From an uncultured delta proteobacterium (GTDB taxonomy: Bacteria > Desulfobacterota > Syntrophobacteria > BM002): a stretch of 64,000 nt of DNA. Of this stretch, positions 49,750 to 60,711 are shown one piece after another. Below the pieces are notes generated by a model that was given only the letters and a program-made list of their open reading frames with translations, was not told the DNA's origin and did no database searches. A program made the position numbers and the translations under genes. The stretch lies in contig CAVQGX010000030.1 of NCBI GenBank assembly GCA_963712115.1, positions 96,001-160,000 on the forward strand, read 5' to 3'. Each line of letters starts with the position of its first letter. Positions within the stretch are counted from its first letter, which is position 1.

Positions 49750-51906
49750 ATGATTCGTCTCAACGATATAGTCGATCAAGTCCTCTCCTATCACCCCGAA
49801 GCTGACGTCAGTCTGATCGAAAAAGCATACGTTTACTCAGCTAAGGTACATGCAGGACAGGTGCGACTATCGGGTGAGCCCTACCTTATGCATCCCCTAG
49901 GGGTGGCCGACATCCTGGCGAGGATGAGACTCGACGTTTTCAGCATAGCCTCTGGTCTTCTCCACGATACTCTAGAAGATACCGACACTAAACTGGATGA
50001 CTTGAAGCGTCTTTTTGGCACCGAAGTCACTCAAATAGTCGATGGCGTGACCAAGATCGGTAGATTTGAGTTTAGCAGTCACGAGGAGCGCCAGGCTGAA
50101 AACATGCGCAAGATGATCTTGGCCATGGCCGATGACATTAGAGTAGTTCTGATCAAATTGGCAGACAGGCTTCACAACATGCGTACCCTAAATTATCACG
50201 TTGTGGGGAAACAGCGGCTCATAGCCCGGGAGACGATGGATATTTATGCTCCCCTGGCAGGAAGGTTAGGCATTGACTGGATCAAGACCGAGTTGGAGGA
50301 CCTTTCTTTCTCCTACCTAGACTCTGATGTTTATGAGGAGATTGTCAGCGGTTTGAAGAGAAACGAAGGAGAGCGTGAACGCTATATCAAAGAAGTCAAG
50401 GATGTTATCGAGGAGAAATTAGCAGAACTAGACCTGAAGGGGAAGGTAAGCGGTCGACCGAAACACATCTACTCCATCTACAAAAAAATGATCGTCCAGA
50501 ACCTGGACTTAGAGCACATTTATGACATCATAGCCTTCCGGATTATCCTAAACAGCATTCGCGAATGCTATGAGGCTTTGGGGGTGATTCATTCCTCGTG
50601 GAAACCTATCCCGGGCCGTTTCAAAGACTACATTGGCATGCCCAAGGCCAACATGTACCAATCCTTGCACACCACGGTAATTGGACCCTACGGCGAAAGG
50701 GTCGAGATTCAGATTCGCACAGAGGAGATGCATCGCATCGCCAATGAAGGGATTGCGGCACACTGGGTGTACAAAGAAGGAAGGAGTGTTCCAGAAAGCG
50801 ACAGCAAGCGTTTCACCTGGCTTCGCGAACTGCTGGAATGGCAACAAGACCTCAAGGACCCGAGAGAATTTCTCGAAACGGTTCGAGTGGATCTTTTCCC
50901 CGATGATGTCTACGTATTTACCCCAAACGGGGATGTAAGGGCTTTTCCACGAGGCTCCACACCGATAGATTTTGCCTACAGCGTTCATACCGAAGTAGGG
51001 AATCAATGCACCGGAGCGAAAGTTAATGGGAAGTTGGTGCCACTCAAGTACGAGTTGAAGAACGGTGACATCGTCGAGATTATCACCTCTTCCAAGCACG
51101 TGCCCAGTAAAGACTGGCTCAAGATAGTAAAAACCTCCAGAGCCCGGACGCGCATTCGTTACTGGATCAAGACCGAGGAGAGAGAAAGGAGCATTACTCT
51201 CGGCCGGGAAATCTGCGAACGTGAATTTCGCAAACATGGTAAGAATTTCACCAAATACCTCAATTCTGACGAATTTCTCCAAGTAGCCAAATCGTTCTCT
51301 CTCCAGAAGGTGGAAGACCTACTCGCCAGTATCGGCTACGGGAAGATCTCCGCCTTGCAAGCTATTGGCAAACTAACGAGTTTGATAGAGCCGGAGGAAA
51401 AACCGGACGAACTCTTAATAGAGCGACCGGAGCGCAAAGAACGGCCCTTGCACCGAGGCGGAGTTTTGGTGAAAGGGGTGGATGACATCTTGGTGCGGTT
51501 CGCCAAGTGCTGCAACCCCCTGCCCGGTGAGCAGATTGCCGGCTTTATCACTCGGGGAAGGGGCGTGTCGGTTCACCGGGCGGACTGCCCGAGCTTGCTC
51601 AGCAGTGGCTTTGAGCGGCGAATCGAGGTGGACTGGGACAGAGACGCCGAAGAGGTCCATCCTGTAGGGTTAGCCGTGATTTGTGCCAACGTTAAAGGCA
51701 TGCTGGCCGCCATCAGCGGCGCATTGAGTAATCATGATATCAATATTTTACAGGCCAACGTTCGCACCCGAGTCGACAATCGAGCAGAATGTAAGTTTGT
51801 TGTAGAAGTCAGGGACACCGACCATTTGTTGGGTGCAATGGCGGCGGTGCGGAAGATCAAAAATGTAATCGACGTGCAGAGGTCTTCTGTTTTGGATGTT
51901 CAGTAA
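49750..51906 (+). CDS. relA: Bifunctional (p)ppGpp synthetase/hydrolase (RelA/SpoT)
   Basis: HD domain (LLHDTLED, KLADRLHN), synthetase YQSLHT, TGS, AKCCNP and ACT domains. Confidence 0.95.
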   Translation: MIRLNDIVDQVLSYHPEADVSLIEKAYVYSAKVHAGQVRLSGEPYLMHPLGVADILARMRLDVFSIASGLLHDTLEDTDTKLDDLKRLFGTEVTQIVDGVTKIGRFEFSSHEERQAENMRKMILAMADDIRVVLIKLADRLHNMRTLNYHVVGKQRLIARETMDIYAPLAGRLGIDWIKTELEDLSFSYLDSDVYEEIVSGLKRNEGERERYIKEVKDVIEEKLAELDLKGKVSGRPKHIYSIYKKMIVQNLDLEHIYDIIAFRIILNSIRECYEALGVIHSSWKPIPGRFKDYIGMPKANMYQSLHTTVIGPYGERVEIQIRTEEMHRIANEGIAAHWVYKEGRSVPESDSKRFTWLRELLEWQQDLKDPREFLETVRVDLFPDDVYVFTPNGDVRAFPRGSTPIDFAYSVHTEVGNQCTGAKVNGKLVPLKYELKNGDIVEIITSSKHVPSKDWLKIVKTSRARTRIRYWIKTEERERSITLGREICEREFRKHGKNFTKYLNSDEFLQVAKSFSLQKVEDLLASIGYGKISALQAIGKLTSLIEPEEKPDELLIERPERKERPLHRGGVLVKGVDDILVRFAKCCNPLPGEQIAGFITRGRGVSVHRADCPSLLSSGFERRIEVDWDRDAEEVHPVGLAVICANVKGMLAAISGALSNHDINILQANVRTRVDNRAECKFVVEVRDTDHLLGAMAAVRKIKNVIDVQRSSVLDVQ

Positions 51907-51966
51907 TCGGGAGTGATTGCTTAGTTCTGGAGGTATTCCATAATTCCGACTTTGAGCGGAGCAAAT

Positions 51967-52158
51967 CTAGGCAGGTTTAAGCACCTTGCCCGACCTTAGA
52001 CAACGCGTACAGATTTTAATGTAGCGGACAACGCCGTTCTGTACTGAACGAACCCGCTGTAAATTGGGATACCATCGCCTTTTGGTTTTGTTATTAGCGT
52101 GACTGACATTGTGCCCCGTTTGAGGGCCTTTCCCGCATATCTGGCAAACCTTGGACAT
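51967..52158 (-). CDS. rpmB: 50S ribosomal protein L28
   Basis: [30 protein letters not shown]. Confidence 0.97.
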   Translation of the reverse strand: MSKVCQICGKGPQTGHNVSHANNKTKRRWYPNLQRVRSVQNGVVRYIKICTRCLRSGKVLKPA

Positions 52159-52353
52159 TATTTCATACCTCCAATCGGAGTGGCTAATCTCAAATTCTGC
52201 CTAATATTGCTAAGTCGACAAATAAGCCTAGCACATTTCCCAGTGCACAACAATCGAGCTTTTTAACACGGCCAGTCCAATTTGACAAGACAAAAAAGTA
52301 AATTCTCATATTGGCTTGGCACAATATAAAATTGATGGATGTGCCATATGAGA

Positions 52354-53394
52354 TCACTCAATCACTACAGGGGGTTCCTTTTTCTCCCGACTGTGAATCG
52401 TCCCTATGTGGAAGGCCTTTTCACCCATGCCGTGAAGCAACTCGAGGGCCCCTTCCAAATGTTTCGCAGGTAAAACCAAGACAAAACCGATGCCGTTGTT
52501 AAAGACCCGGTACATTTCGTGGTCGGAAATTTTTCCATGCTGTTGGAGGAATGAAAAAATGGAGGGCACCTCCCAGTTTCCTCCTCTGAGTCGGGCCTGG
52601 CAGGCCGATGGAAGGATTCTGGGTAAGTTGTCGTAAAAGCCTCCACCGGTGATGTGAGCCATTCCCGAGATCTTGAATTCTCGCAAAGCCACGTGAACGG
52701 TCTCTGCATAAATGCGAGTGGGGCGCAAAAGTTCCTCGGCAACGGTGCAGCCGCATGGCGGAATAACGTCGTTGGCAGAGAGGCCTAAATCCTGGAAGAT
52801 GATACGCCGGACTAAAGAATAGCCATTGCTGTGGAGACCACTAGAGGCGAGGCCGATAATTTCATCTCCCACACGGATATCTGAGCCGTCGATGATGGAG
52901 TCCTTTTCCACTGCACCGACAGCAAAACCTGCGAGATCGTATTCACCCTCACCGTAAAAATCTGGCATCTCAGCTGTTTCACCGCCGATGAGAGAACATT
53001 TTGCCTGGCGACAACCTTTGGCTATACCGGTGATGATGTCGGTTACCAAATCTAAATTCATGCGACCTATGGACAAGTAATCCAGGAAAAAAAGCGGCCT
53101 AGCCCCCTGGACAAGGATATCGTTAACACTCATTGCCACCAGGTCGATACCCACTGTGTCGTGTTTGTTTGCCAGACAAGCAACTTTGAGTTTGGTGCCA
53201 ATTCCATCAGTTGAACTCACCAGAACTGGTTGTTCGTAATTAAGGTGGCCGAGAGAATAAAGGCTGCCAAAGCCGCCCACATCGGTGATAACGCCAGCGT
53301 GAAAGGTAGATTTGACCACTGGTCTAATCCTGGCGACTAGCTCGGATGCAGCATCGAGATCCACGCCAGCTTCCTTATACAAATCTCTACTCAT
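52354..53394 (-). CDS. purM: Phosphoribosylformylglycinamidine cyclo-ligase
   Basis: YKEAGVD, TDGIGTK, GGETAEMP, SSGLHSNGYS, HITGGG. Confidence 0.97.
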   Translation of the reverse strand: MSRDLYKEAGVDLDAASELVARIRPVVKSTFHAGVITDVGGFGSLYSLGHLNYEQPVLVSSTDGIGTKLKVACLANKHDTVGIDLVAMSVNDILVQGARPLFFLDYLSIGRMNLDLVTDIITGIAKGCRQAKCSLIGGETAEMPDFYGEGEYDLAGFAVGAVEKDSIIDGSDIRVGDEIIGLASSGLHSNGYSLVRRIIFQDLGLSANDVIPPCGCTVAEELLRPTRIYAETVHVALREFKISGMAHITGGGFYDNLPRILPSACQARLRGGNWEVPSIFSFLQQHGKISDHEMYRVFNNGIGFVLVLPAKHLEGALELLHGMGEKAFHIGTIHSREKKEPPVVIE

Positions 53395-53598
53395 AATTTA
53401 GCCTCCATCTGCATGCAGATACCCGACTATCGGTATTTCAATAATTGCCGTTAAGGTCCAATCCTAGACTAGGCGAAGAAGCGACTTAGGACCCTACTTC
53501 TGTTGGTGCCGTAAAGGGCGTGCTTTTTATTGCCTTAACCTCATTCTAGATAATGGGTTAGAGGGGTGTCAATTGCTTTAGTGGTAGGGAAAAACTTT

Positions 53599-53627
53599 TT
53601 GACAAGGGTTACGCCTTGCGGTATTTT
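53599..53627 (+). promoter_or_regulatory. Sigma70 promoter candidate
   Basis: TTGACA-N17-TATTTT upstream of the aminotransferase. Confidence 0.5.
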
Positions 53628-53659
53628 TACCAAATCTCAAAAAACAAGGGACGGTGACT

Positions 53660-54841
53660 ATGAGTGAGCCATTGATAAAGTTCAGCCGCATGCGGCGACT
53701 ACCTCCTTATGTTTTTGCCCAAGTGAACGAGCTCAAAATGAAGCTAAGGCGCGAGGGCAAAGACATCGTTGATTTGGGTATGGGCAACCCTGATTTACCG
53801 ACTCCCCAGCACATCATCGACAAATTGCTCGAGGCAGCCCAGAAACCGCACAACCATCGCTACTCAGCTTCCCGGGGTATTACCAAACTGAGAGAAGCCA
53901 TAGCTGACTGGTACGGACGCCGATATGACGTGGATATAGATCCGGATACAGAGGCAGTTGTGACCATTGGGGCCAAAGAAGGGCTTTCTCACTTGGTGCT
54001 TTCTCTAATAAGTCCAGGAGACGTTGTTTTTGCCCCTAATCCTACTTATCCAATTCATCCTTATTCGGTAATCATCGCTGGTGGAGATTTGCGAAGTATA
54101 CCAATCGAGAAAGGTCGAGACTTCTTTGAGGATTTGCAGGTGGCGACCAAACAGACCTGGCCGCAGCCGAAGATGCTGATAATCTCATATCCCCATAATC
54201 CTACTACAGAGGTTGTGGATCTAGACTTTTTCCAAAAGATCTGCGATTTCGCCAAAGAACATGAGATCATTTTGGTACACGATTTGGCCTATGCTGATCT
54301 AGTTTTTGATCAAGAAATGGCCCCCAGTTTTCTCCAGGTGAAGGGTGCCAAAGATATCGGAGTCGAATTCTTTTCCCTGTCAAAAAGTTACTCCATGCCA
54401 GGATGGCGTGTTGGCTTCTGTGTCGGCAACGCTGAAATCATTTCAGCACTAACACGAATAAAGAGTTATCTTGATTACGGGATCTTTCAGCCTATCCAGA
54501 TTGCTTCAATTATTGCGCTTAACTCGGACCAGGCTTGTGTCAAGGAGATAGTCGAGATCTACCGCTCTCGACGAGACGTTTTAGTGGATGGCTTGAATCG
54601 TGTTGGCTGGCCTACTGACAAGCCTAAAGCGACTATGTTTGTCTGGTCGAAAATTCCCAAAGAGTTCTTAGAAATGGGATCAGTGGAGTTTTCCAAGTTC
54701 TTAATTCGTGAAGCCGGGGTTGCAGTCTCTCCCGGGCGAGGCTTTGGAGAATACGGCGATGACTACGTGCGTTTCGCCTTGGTGGAGAACGAAGAACGAA
54801 CCCGCCAGGCTCTACGTGGGATTCGTCGTGTACTGCGCTGA
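53660..54841 (+). CDS. Class I/II PLP aminotransferase (AlaC/YfdZ or LL-DAP aminotransferase-like)
   Basis: [39 protein letters not shown]. Confidence 0.9.
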   Translation: MSEPLIKFSRMRRLPPYVFAQVNELKMKLRREGKDIVDLGMGNPDLPTPQHIIDKLLEAAQKPHNHRYSASRGITKLREAIADWYGRRYDVDIDPDTEAVVTIGAKEGLSHLVLSLISPGDVVFAPNPTYPIHPYSVIIAGGDLRSIPIEKGRDFFEDLQVATKQTWPQPKMLIISYPHNPTTEVVDLDFFQKICDFAKEHEIILVHDLAYADLVFDQEMAPSFLQVKGAKDIGVEFFSLSKSYSMPGWRVGFCVGNAEIISALTRIKSYLDYGIFQPIQIASIIALNSDQACVKEIVEIYRSRRDVLVDGLNRVGWPTDKPKATMFVWSKIPKEFLEMGSVEFSKFLIREAGVAVSPGRGFGEYGDDYVRFALVENEERTRQALRGIRRVLR

Positions 54842-54882
54842 TATGAAGCGCGTCGAACATCTATAGGTGGGCGGTTTTTTGG

Positions 54883-54927
54883 AAGACACCAGAAAGGGAA
54901 AAAATTTCCCCTTTCTGGTGTCTTTTT
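54883..54927 (+). terminator. Intrinsic terminator-like hairpin
   Basis: AAGACACCAGAAAGGG / CCCTTTCTGGTGTCTT stem followed by a T run. Confidence 0.65.
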
Positions 54928-55138
54928 GATCTGCCCATAGGCGCATTAGGAAGCGAGACTGGCGAGACTGGCGAGACTGGCGAGACGTGTTTCACAGCTA
55001 CTGATTTAAACTATCGACCACGTCTTTTTCGCTCTCGCACGTCTCGCCCGACCTCCCGTCTCGCTGTCCGATACACAGTCATAGTATGATTTGAAAACAG
55101 TATAGCATCCAACTATTAATCAGAGTGCAGGATAGATT

Positions 55139-56461
55139 ATGAAGGACATACAGATAGGTTTAATTGGACTTGGCACGGTGGGCTGTGGTTTGGTTAAGGT
55201 TCTAGAGGACAACAGCAAGATTCTTCAAGAACGGCTAGGTGTGCCGCTAAGACTCAAAAAGGTGGTGGATATCGACCTGGAAAGACCTAGACCGGTCTCT
55301 CTTCCAAAGGAAGTTCTTTCCACCCAGGTAGAGGACATTCTGGCGGATGAGGAAATTCAAATTGTTGTGGAGCTCATAGGAGGCATGGAGCCAGCCAAGA
55401 CCTTCATTTTGGAGTCGATGAAACGGGGCAAACACGTGGTCACCGCCAACAAAGCTCTGCTGGCTATTCATGGCAGTGAGCTGTTCGCGGTAGCCCGGGA
55501 ACAGGAGGTCAGCATCGCTTTTGAGGGAGCCGTTGGCGGTGGCATTCCTCTTATTCGCTCCTTGCGTGAAGGCTTGATAGCAAACCGGATCGGCCACATC
55601 TATGGGATTCTAAATGGTACGGCAAATTACATTCTCACCCGCATGGCTCGCGAGGGAACTACTTTCGCCGAAGCCCTCAGCGAGGCGCAGGCACAGGGCA
55701 TTGCCGAAGCCGACCCCCGTTTGGACGTTGAGGGAGTGGACGCAGCCCACAAGATAGCTGTTCTCAGCTCACTTGCCTACTGTTGTGAGATAGATTTCGA
55801 TCAAATTCACATAGAGGGTATTTCCCAGATCGATCCGTCTGATATCCAGTTTGCCGAAGACTTCGGCTATCAAATAAAGCTCTTGGCCATTTCACGCAGT
55901 GACGGGGAGAGGATCGAAGTGAGGGTGCATCCAACAATGATTCCCCAAGAGCACATGCTGGCCAAGGTTGAGGGCGCTTACAATGCTGTCCACATTTCTG
56001 GCGATGCTGTGGGTGACGTCATGTTTTACGGTCTGGGTGCCGGCATGATGCCTACAGGTAGTGCGGTGGTCAGTGACCTGCTGGACCTGGGGCGAGATCT
56101 TCTGGCTGGCAGGGGTGTGAGAATTTCGCCCTTGGCCTGTGACGGCAAAGCGGTGGTGCAACGCAAGATCAAGCCCATGGAAGAGTTGGTAATCAATTAC
56201 TATTTCAGATTCTCGGCGATGGATCGCCCAGGGGTGCTATCTAAGATTTCCGGTATACTTGGTAGTCATGACATCAGCATTGCCTCGGTGATTCAGAAGG
56301 GCAGGCAGGTAGAAGGCTCAGTGCCCTTGGTAATGATGACTCATGAAGCAAGAGAACGTGATGTTCGTCTGGCCCTAGCTGAGATAGATGAACTTAAGGT
56401 GGTTACAGCAGCCACCAAGCTAATTAGGGTAGAGAACGAAACGTCAGTTGCTAATTCCTAG
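55139..56461 (+). CDS. hom: Homoserine dehydrogenase with ACT domain
   Basis: GLGTVG, VVTANK, GGGIP, GILNGTANYIL, DRPGVL. Confidence 0.95.
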   Translation: MKDIQIGLIGLGTVGCGLVKVLEDNSKILQERLGVPLRLKKVVDIDLERPRPVSLPKEVLSTQVEDILADEEIQIVVELIGGMEPAKTFILESMKRGKHVVTANKALLAIHGSELFAVAREQEVSIAFEGAVGGGIPLIRSLREGLIANRIGHIYGILNGTANYILTRMAREGTTFAEALSEAQAQGIAEADPRLDVEGVDAAHKIAVLSSLAYCCEIDFDQIHIEGISQIDPSDIQFAEDFGYQIKLLAISRSDGERIEVRVHPTMIPQEHMLAKVEGAYNAVHISGDAVGDVMFYGLGAGMMPTGSAVVSDLLDLGRDLLAGRGVRISPLACDGKAVVQRKIKPMEELVINYYFRFSAMDRPGVLSKISGILGSHDISIASVIQKGRQVEGSVPLVMMTHEARERDVRLALAEIDELKVVTAATKLIRVENETSVANS

Positions 56462-56686
56462 GTGTTCACCTGGCAGCCTCAAAAGAAAAGAGGTCAGAGG
56501 TCGGAGGTCAGAGGGCAGATGGGTAATTAGAAAATTAGAGAATTAGAGAATTAGTTAAATACTCAAGTAGTTACCGTTTACCATTCACCTTTCACCATTT
56601 ACTAATGCTGATCAACTACCTGCTTGCTGCCTGCTGCAGGCTTTGCTTCAAGCCAAATCCGACAGGCGAAAAACGAGTGTTATGAA

Positions 56687-57910
56687 ATGGAAGACCGCAA
56701 ATCGAAATACCTGATTTTGGTGGGCGATGGAATGGCCGATGAGGCTCAGAAAGAGCTAGACGGCAAAACACCTCTAGATGCGGCTCAAACTCCCCACATG
56801 GACCGACTTGCCTCCAGTGGTATTCTTGGACTGACTGAGACAATTGGGCCTCACCAAGAGCCTGGAAGTGATGTGGCAAATATGGCCATTTTGGGTTACG
56901 ACCCTGATCGATTCCATACTGGACGCGCTCCTCTGGAAGCCGCCAGTATGGGAGTTAACCTGTTGCCCGGCGAAGTGGCTTTCAGGTGCAATCTGGTGAC
57001 AATTGAAATCAATCCTGACGGGGAGCTCATTTTGGCAGACTATTCAGCGGGCCATATATCCAGCGAAAATGGCAGAGTACTCATTACAGCTCTACAGAAA
57101 AGCTTGGGAAATGAATGGTTCCAGTTTTATCCAGGGGTCAGCTACCGCCACCTTCTTGTCTGGCGGGGCGGGCGATCTGATCTCACCATCACTCCTCCCC
57201 ATGACGTCATCGGTCAGCCGGTAGCCGAATACTGGCAGGTGTACCACGAAGTCCCCGATCTTAGATCCCTAATGGAATCTGCCCGTGAGGTTCTAGGGGA
57301 ACAGGAGTTGAACCGGCAGTTTGTTGCACAGGGCAAGCGACCAGCCAATGCCATCTGGCTTTGGGGACAGGGGTTAGCTCCCGTCATGCCGAGCCTAACC
57401 GAACGGTTTGGCATTCGGGGGGTGGTTATTTCAGCAGTGGACTTACTGAAAGGACTGGGGATTTGTTCTGGTCTCGAGGCATTGTCAGTTCCAGGGGCCA
57501 CCGGATATTTGGACACCAATTATAAAGGCAAGGTTGTCGCAGCTCTGGATGCTTTACAGGATAAAGATTTTGTCTATTTGCACGTAGAGGCCCCAGACGA
57601 GGCATCTCACGAAGGGAACCTGGGGCTAAAGATAGAAGCCATAGAGGCCTTTGATGCCAATGTGGTTGGACCGATACTTGAAGAATCCAGTAATTTGCCC
57701 GACCTTCGAATAATGGTTATTACTGATCATCTGACTCCCATCCGAACTCGCACTCACGCCAAGGGACTTGTTCCCTTTGCAGTTTGTGACTTTCCTGCTG
57801 GCCAGGTTACCAGCCGGAGAGGGTTTTCTGAAGGAAATGCGGCAGGAACTGGACTGGTTGTCAAGCCTGGGCACATGTTGATGGAGAGGTTTATCAAAGG
57901 CGATTTTTAG
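56687..57910 (+). CDS. apgM: Cofactor-independent phosphoglycerate mutase, ApgM type
   Basis: GDGMAD, PGSDVAN, YLHVEAPDEASHEG, TDHLTP. Confidence 0.88.
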   Translation: MEDRKSKYLILVGDGMADEAQKELDGKTPLDAAQTPHMDRLASSGILGLTETIGPHQEPGSDVANMAILGYDPDRFHTGRAPLEAASMGVNLLPGEVAFRCNLVTIEINPDGELILADYSAGHISSENGRVLITALQKSLGNEWFQFYPGVSYRHLLVWRGGRSDLTITPPHDVIGQPVAEYWQVYHEVPDLRSLMESAREVLGEQELNRQFVAQGKRPANAIWLWGQGLAPVMPSLTERFGIRGVVISAVDLLKGLGICSGLEALSVPGATGYLDTNYKGKVVAALDALQDKDFVYLHVEAPDEASHEGNLGLKIEAIEAFDANVVGPILEESSNLPDLRIMVITDHLTPIRTRTHAKGLVPFAVCDFPAGQVTSRRGFSEGNAAGTGLVVKPGHMLMERFIKGDF

Positions 57911-58161
57911 CAAAGGGCATAGAGTAAAAAATCAGGGGTCAGGGGTCAGAGGACAGAAGAAGAGGACAACTGGCAGGAGGCAGCTAGCAGGTAGTTAATT
58001 AGAGAATTAGACAATTGGAGAATTAGTGAAGGAAGTCGGTTATTTACGGATTAACCGTTTACCGTTTACTAATAACTAATTACCTAATCAACTAATTAAC
58101 GGTTTTAAAGATTTGAACGACTTCAACGTTTTCAACGGTTTTAACGATCTGTGAAAAGAGA

Positions 58162-58599
58162 ATGACTGAATCCTTTCGGGCAGAGCAAAGAGTGTTATAC
58201 GGTGATACCGATTCCATGGGGGTAGCCTATTATGCCAATTACTTGAAATGGTTCGAAATCGGTCGCACCGAGCTCTTCCGAACCGTTGGGAGCACTTATC
58301 GGTCGTGGGAAGGGCGTGGTTGTTTTCTGCCGGTATATGAAGCTTATTGCCGCTACCACAAACCAGCCCGCTATGATGATATTATCCGCATAGAGACCGC
58401 CTTTTCTCTCGGGGGCAAACTGAGACTGCGCTTTGATTATCGACTTTTCCACAAAGAGAATGGAACGCTTCTGGCAGAAGGATATACTGTGCATGTGTGC
58501 ACGGATAGAGATGGTCGAGTGATCAAGCCCCCACCAGAGTTGAGAAAACTTCTCAAGCAAATGGAAGAAATGTCAAGCGACGAGCATGGTAAGGAGTAG
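58162..58599 (+). CDS. Acyl-CoA thioesterase (YbgC/4HBT family)
   Basis: YGDTDSMGVAYYANYLKWFEIGRTE, PARYDD. Confidence 0.9.
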   Translation: MTESFRAEQRVLYGDTDSMGVAYYANYLKWFEIGRTELFRTVGSTYRSWEGRGCFLPVYEAYCRYHKPARYDDIIRIETAFSLGGKLRLRFDYRLFHKENGTLLAEGYTVHVCTDRDGRVIKPPPELRKLLKQMEEMSSDEHGKE

Positions 58600-58751
58600 G
58601 TAGCTCTTCCTAGGGAGAATGGAACAGCGGGACGTTCTCCACATGCGTGACGAGTATTGGTGCGAAAGGCGAGAAAAGTGTCAGGCGAGAAAGGGAAAAG
58701 ACACACGGCGCGGGGCGTAACCCTTTGCTACGAGCGGAGTAAATCGGAGAA

Positions 58752-59489
58752 ATGTTGATAATTCCTGCCATCGACTTGAAAGAAGGGCGATGTGTGCGCT
58801 TGCAGCGAGGAGTAATGTCTACGGCCACGATCTATTCCGACAATCCGGCTTTGACAGCAAGACGGTGGGAAGCGCAAGGAGCCCAATGGCTGCACGTGGT
58901 GGACTTAGATGGTGCCTTTGCCAAGAAACCCAAGAACCTGGCGGCCGTTGCTGCAATTGTCGACTCCGTTGGTATACCAGTTCAGGTGGGCGGGGGTGTG
59001 CGCACGCTAGAGACTCTTGCTGCTTATCTTGAGATAGGAGTGGAGCGTGTGGTAATGGGGACAGCTGCCCACAGTAATCCGGAAATATTGGTGCAGGCTT
59101 GTCAAAGTTTTCCAGGGAAAGTTGTTTTGGGGATAGACAGCCGCAAGGGTAGAGTTGCAATTGAGGGATGGAGCCAGACCACTGATGTAGGGTCAGGGGA
59201 CTTGGCAGTCAGGTTTGAAAACCTGGCTCTTGCAGCTATTGTCTACACTGACATCTCCAGAGACGGCATGCAGACTGGTCCAAATGTAGAAGCGACCCGA
59301 CAGCTGGCTCGAGCGGTGAAAAGGCCTGTTATTGCATCAGGGGGAGTGGGGAATCTTGACCATATCCGAGCACTCTTGCCCCTTGAACAAGACGGGGTAA
59401 TAGGAGTGATTGTTGGTCGTGCACTCTATAGTGGAAGTGTGGAGTTGAGTGAAGCCATTGCTCTGGCGAGGGGAATTCCTGGGGCATAG
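58752..59489 (+). CDS. hisA: ProFAR isomerase
   Basis: IPAIDLKEGRCVRL, LHVVDLDGA, QVGGG, YTDISRDG, ASGG. Confidence 0.96.
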   Translation: MLIIPAIDLKEGRCVRLQRGVMSTATIYSDNPALTARRWEAQGAQWLHVVDLDGAFAKKPKNLAAVAAIVDSVGIPVQVGGGVRTLETLAAYLEIGVERVVMGTAAHSNPEILVQACQSFPGKVVLGIDSRKGRVAIEGWSQTTDVGSGDLAVRFENLALAAIVYTDISRDGMQTGPNVEATRQLARAVKRPVIASGGVGNLDHIRALLPLEQDGVIGVIVGRALYSGSVELSEAIALARGIPGA

Positions 59490-59703
59490 GGCATAGGGTA
59501 AAGAGTTAGAGGTCAGAGAACAGAGGTCAGATATCAGAGGACAGAAGGCAGGAGGCAGAATTTCGAATTGCGGATTTCGAAATGAGAAATTACCGCATTG
59601 TGATTTCAGCGAATTTAAGGATTTGAACGACTTGAACGTTTTCAACGGTTTCAACGATTTGACTAATCGACTGATTTTCGATTTGAACAAAGCTTGCTTT
59701 TGG

Positions 59704-59731
59704 TTGACAAATTCTGAAGAAAAGCTATAAT
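59704..59731 (+). promoter_or_regulatory. Consensus sigma70 promoter of the (rpsU)-yqeY-mutS2-dnaG region
   Basis: TTGACA-N16-TATAAT. Confidence 0.8.
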
Positions 59732-59759
59732 TACAAGTTTAAGTGCACAATTGCACAAC

Positions 59760-59915
59760 CAGAAGAACCAATTGGGCGGCACGAAGGGGAAATGGCTTGC
59801 CGGCATCCTAATTAAGCTCCGCAAACAAGCACATTACTAGAACCGAAAAAGGAAAGAGCTGGCGGCAACCATAGGGGAGCTGAAAGGGATGGACAAAAGA
59901 GGAAGAGGCCAATGA
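59760..59915 (+). pseudogene. rpsU: Degenerate 30S ribosomal protein S21 gene
   Basis: 59799-59867 reads AGILIKLRKQAHY*NRKRKELAA, matching the bS21 core; TAG at 59838; frame ends in TGA overlapping the yqeY ATG; 5' boundary approximate. Confidence 0.6.
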
Positions 59916-60358
59916 ATCTCCAGGCTGAAATTTCTGCAGCACTGAAGGATGCCATGCGGGCAAAGGATGAGGCCAAACTGGCCAGCCTGAGGTTGGTGCT
60001 CACTGCCATTAAGAATAGGGAGAAAGAAGTCCGCCGGTCCCTTGAGAATCCAGAAATTATTTCGCTCATCTCTACCCAGATTAAACAGAGAAAGGAATCC
60101 ATAGATTATTATCGTAAGGCCGGCAGGGACGATTTGGTAAAGGCAGAAGAAAGCGAACTTCAGATACTACAGGCCTACATGCCGGAGGAGCTTTCCGCGG
60201 AAGAGATGTCTCAGGCACTTGATGAGGTTATTTCTGAGGTTGGTGCCGTCAGCATAAAGGACATGGGCAAAGTAATGAAGGCAGCCATGGCCAAGCTGGC
60301 GGGCAGGGCGGATGGCCGTGTGATTAATGAAATGGTTAAGGCAAAACTTTCTGGCTAG
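59912..60358 (+). CDS. GatB/YqeY domain protein
   Basis: AMRAKD, IKQRKES, YMPEELS, DMGKVM, GRADG. Confidence 0.92.
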   Translation: MNLQAEISAALKDAMRAKDEAKLASLRLVLTAIKNREKEVRRSLENPEIISLISTQIKQRKESIDYYRKAGRDDLVKAEESELQILQAYMPEELSAEEMSQALDEVISEVGAVSIKDMGKVMKAAMAKLAGRADGRVINEMVKAKLSG

Positions 60359-60711
60359 CTCCGAACTGTTTGGACTAAAATCGGAGTGTAACAGCTTTTT
60401 GGGGCACATTTTAACAACTTGCATCTCACATTCAACTACATCTCCTTCTCATCTAGTGGCACGACCTGTCCAGGAGGCAGGCTTGCAAATACTCTTCGAT
60501 TTATCAGCGAGCAGTAATTCTCACTATGCTTTTTCATTAGAAGCCGAGAAAACTGGTCCTTTGCGCAAGATCAGAGGTCCATGGCTTTGCCCTTAAAAAT
60601 GTCCAGGGGATTTGAAGTATGGGGTGAGCTCAAAGACAGGCCCTGAGGGCCTGGATGGTTTACCCTAGTTGAGAGCATCAAGCCGTTGCTTTCTTCCCAC
60701 CATGGAGTGAT

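Noticed and set aside
58619-58720. 33-aa ORF MEQRDVLHMRDEYWCERREKCQARKGKDTRRGA with an RBS, before hisA
   Set aside because: Partly encoded by GCGAGAAA repeat units, has no His run typical of an attenuator leader, and cannot be supported further
60359-60711. Gene or remnant (for example cvpA) between yqeY and mutS2
   Set aside because: No hydrophobic ORF or recognisable motif was found
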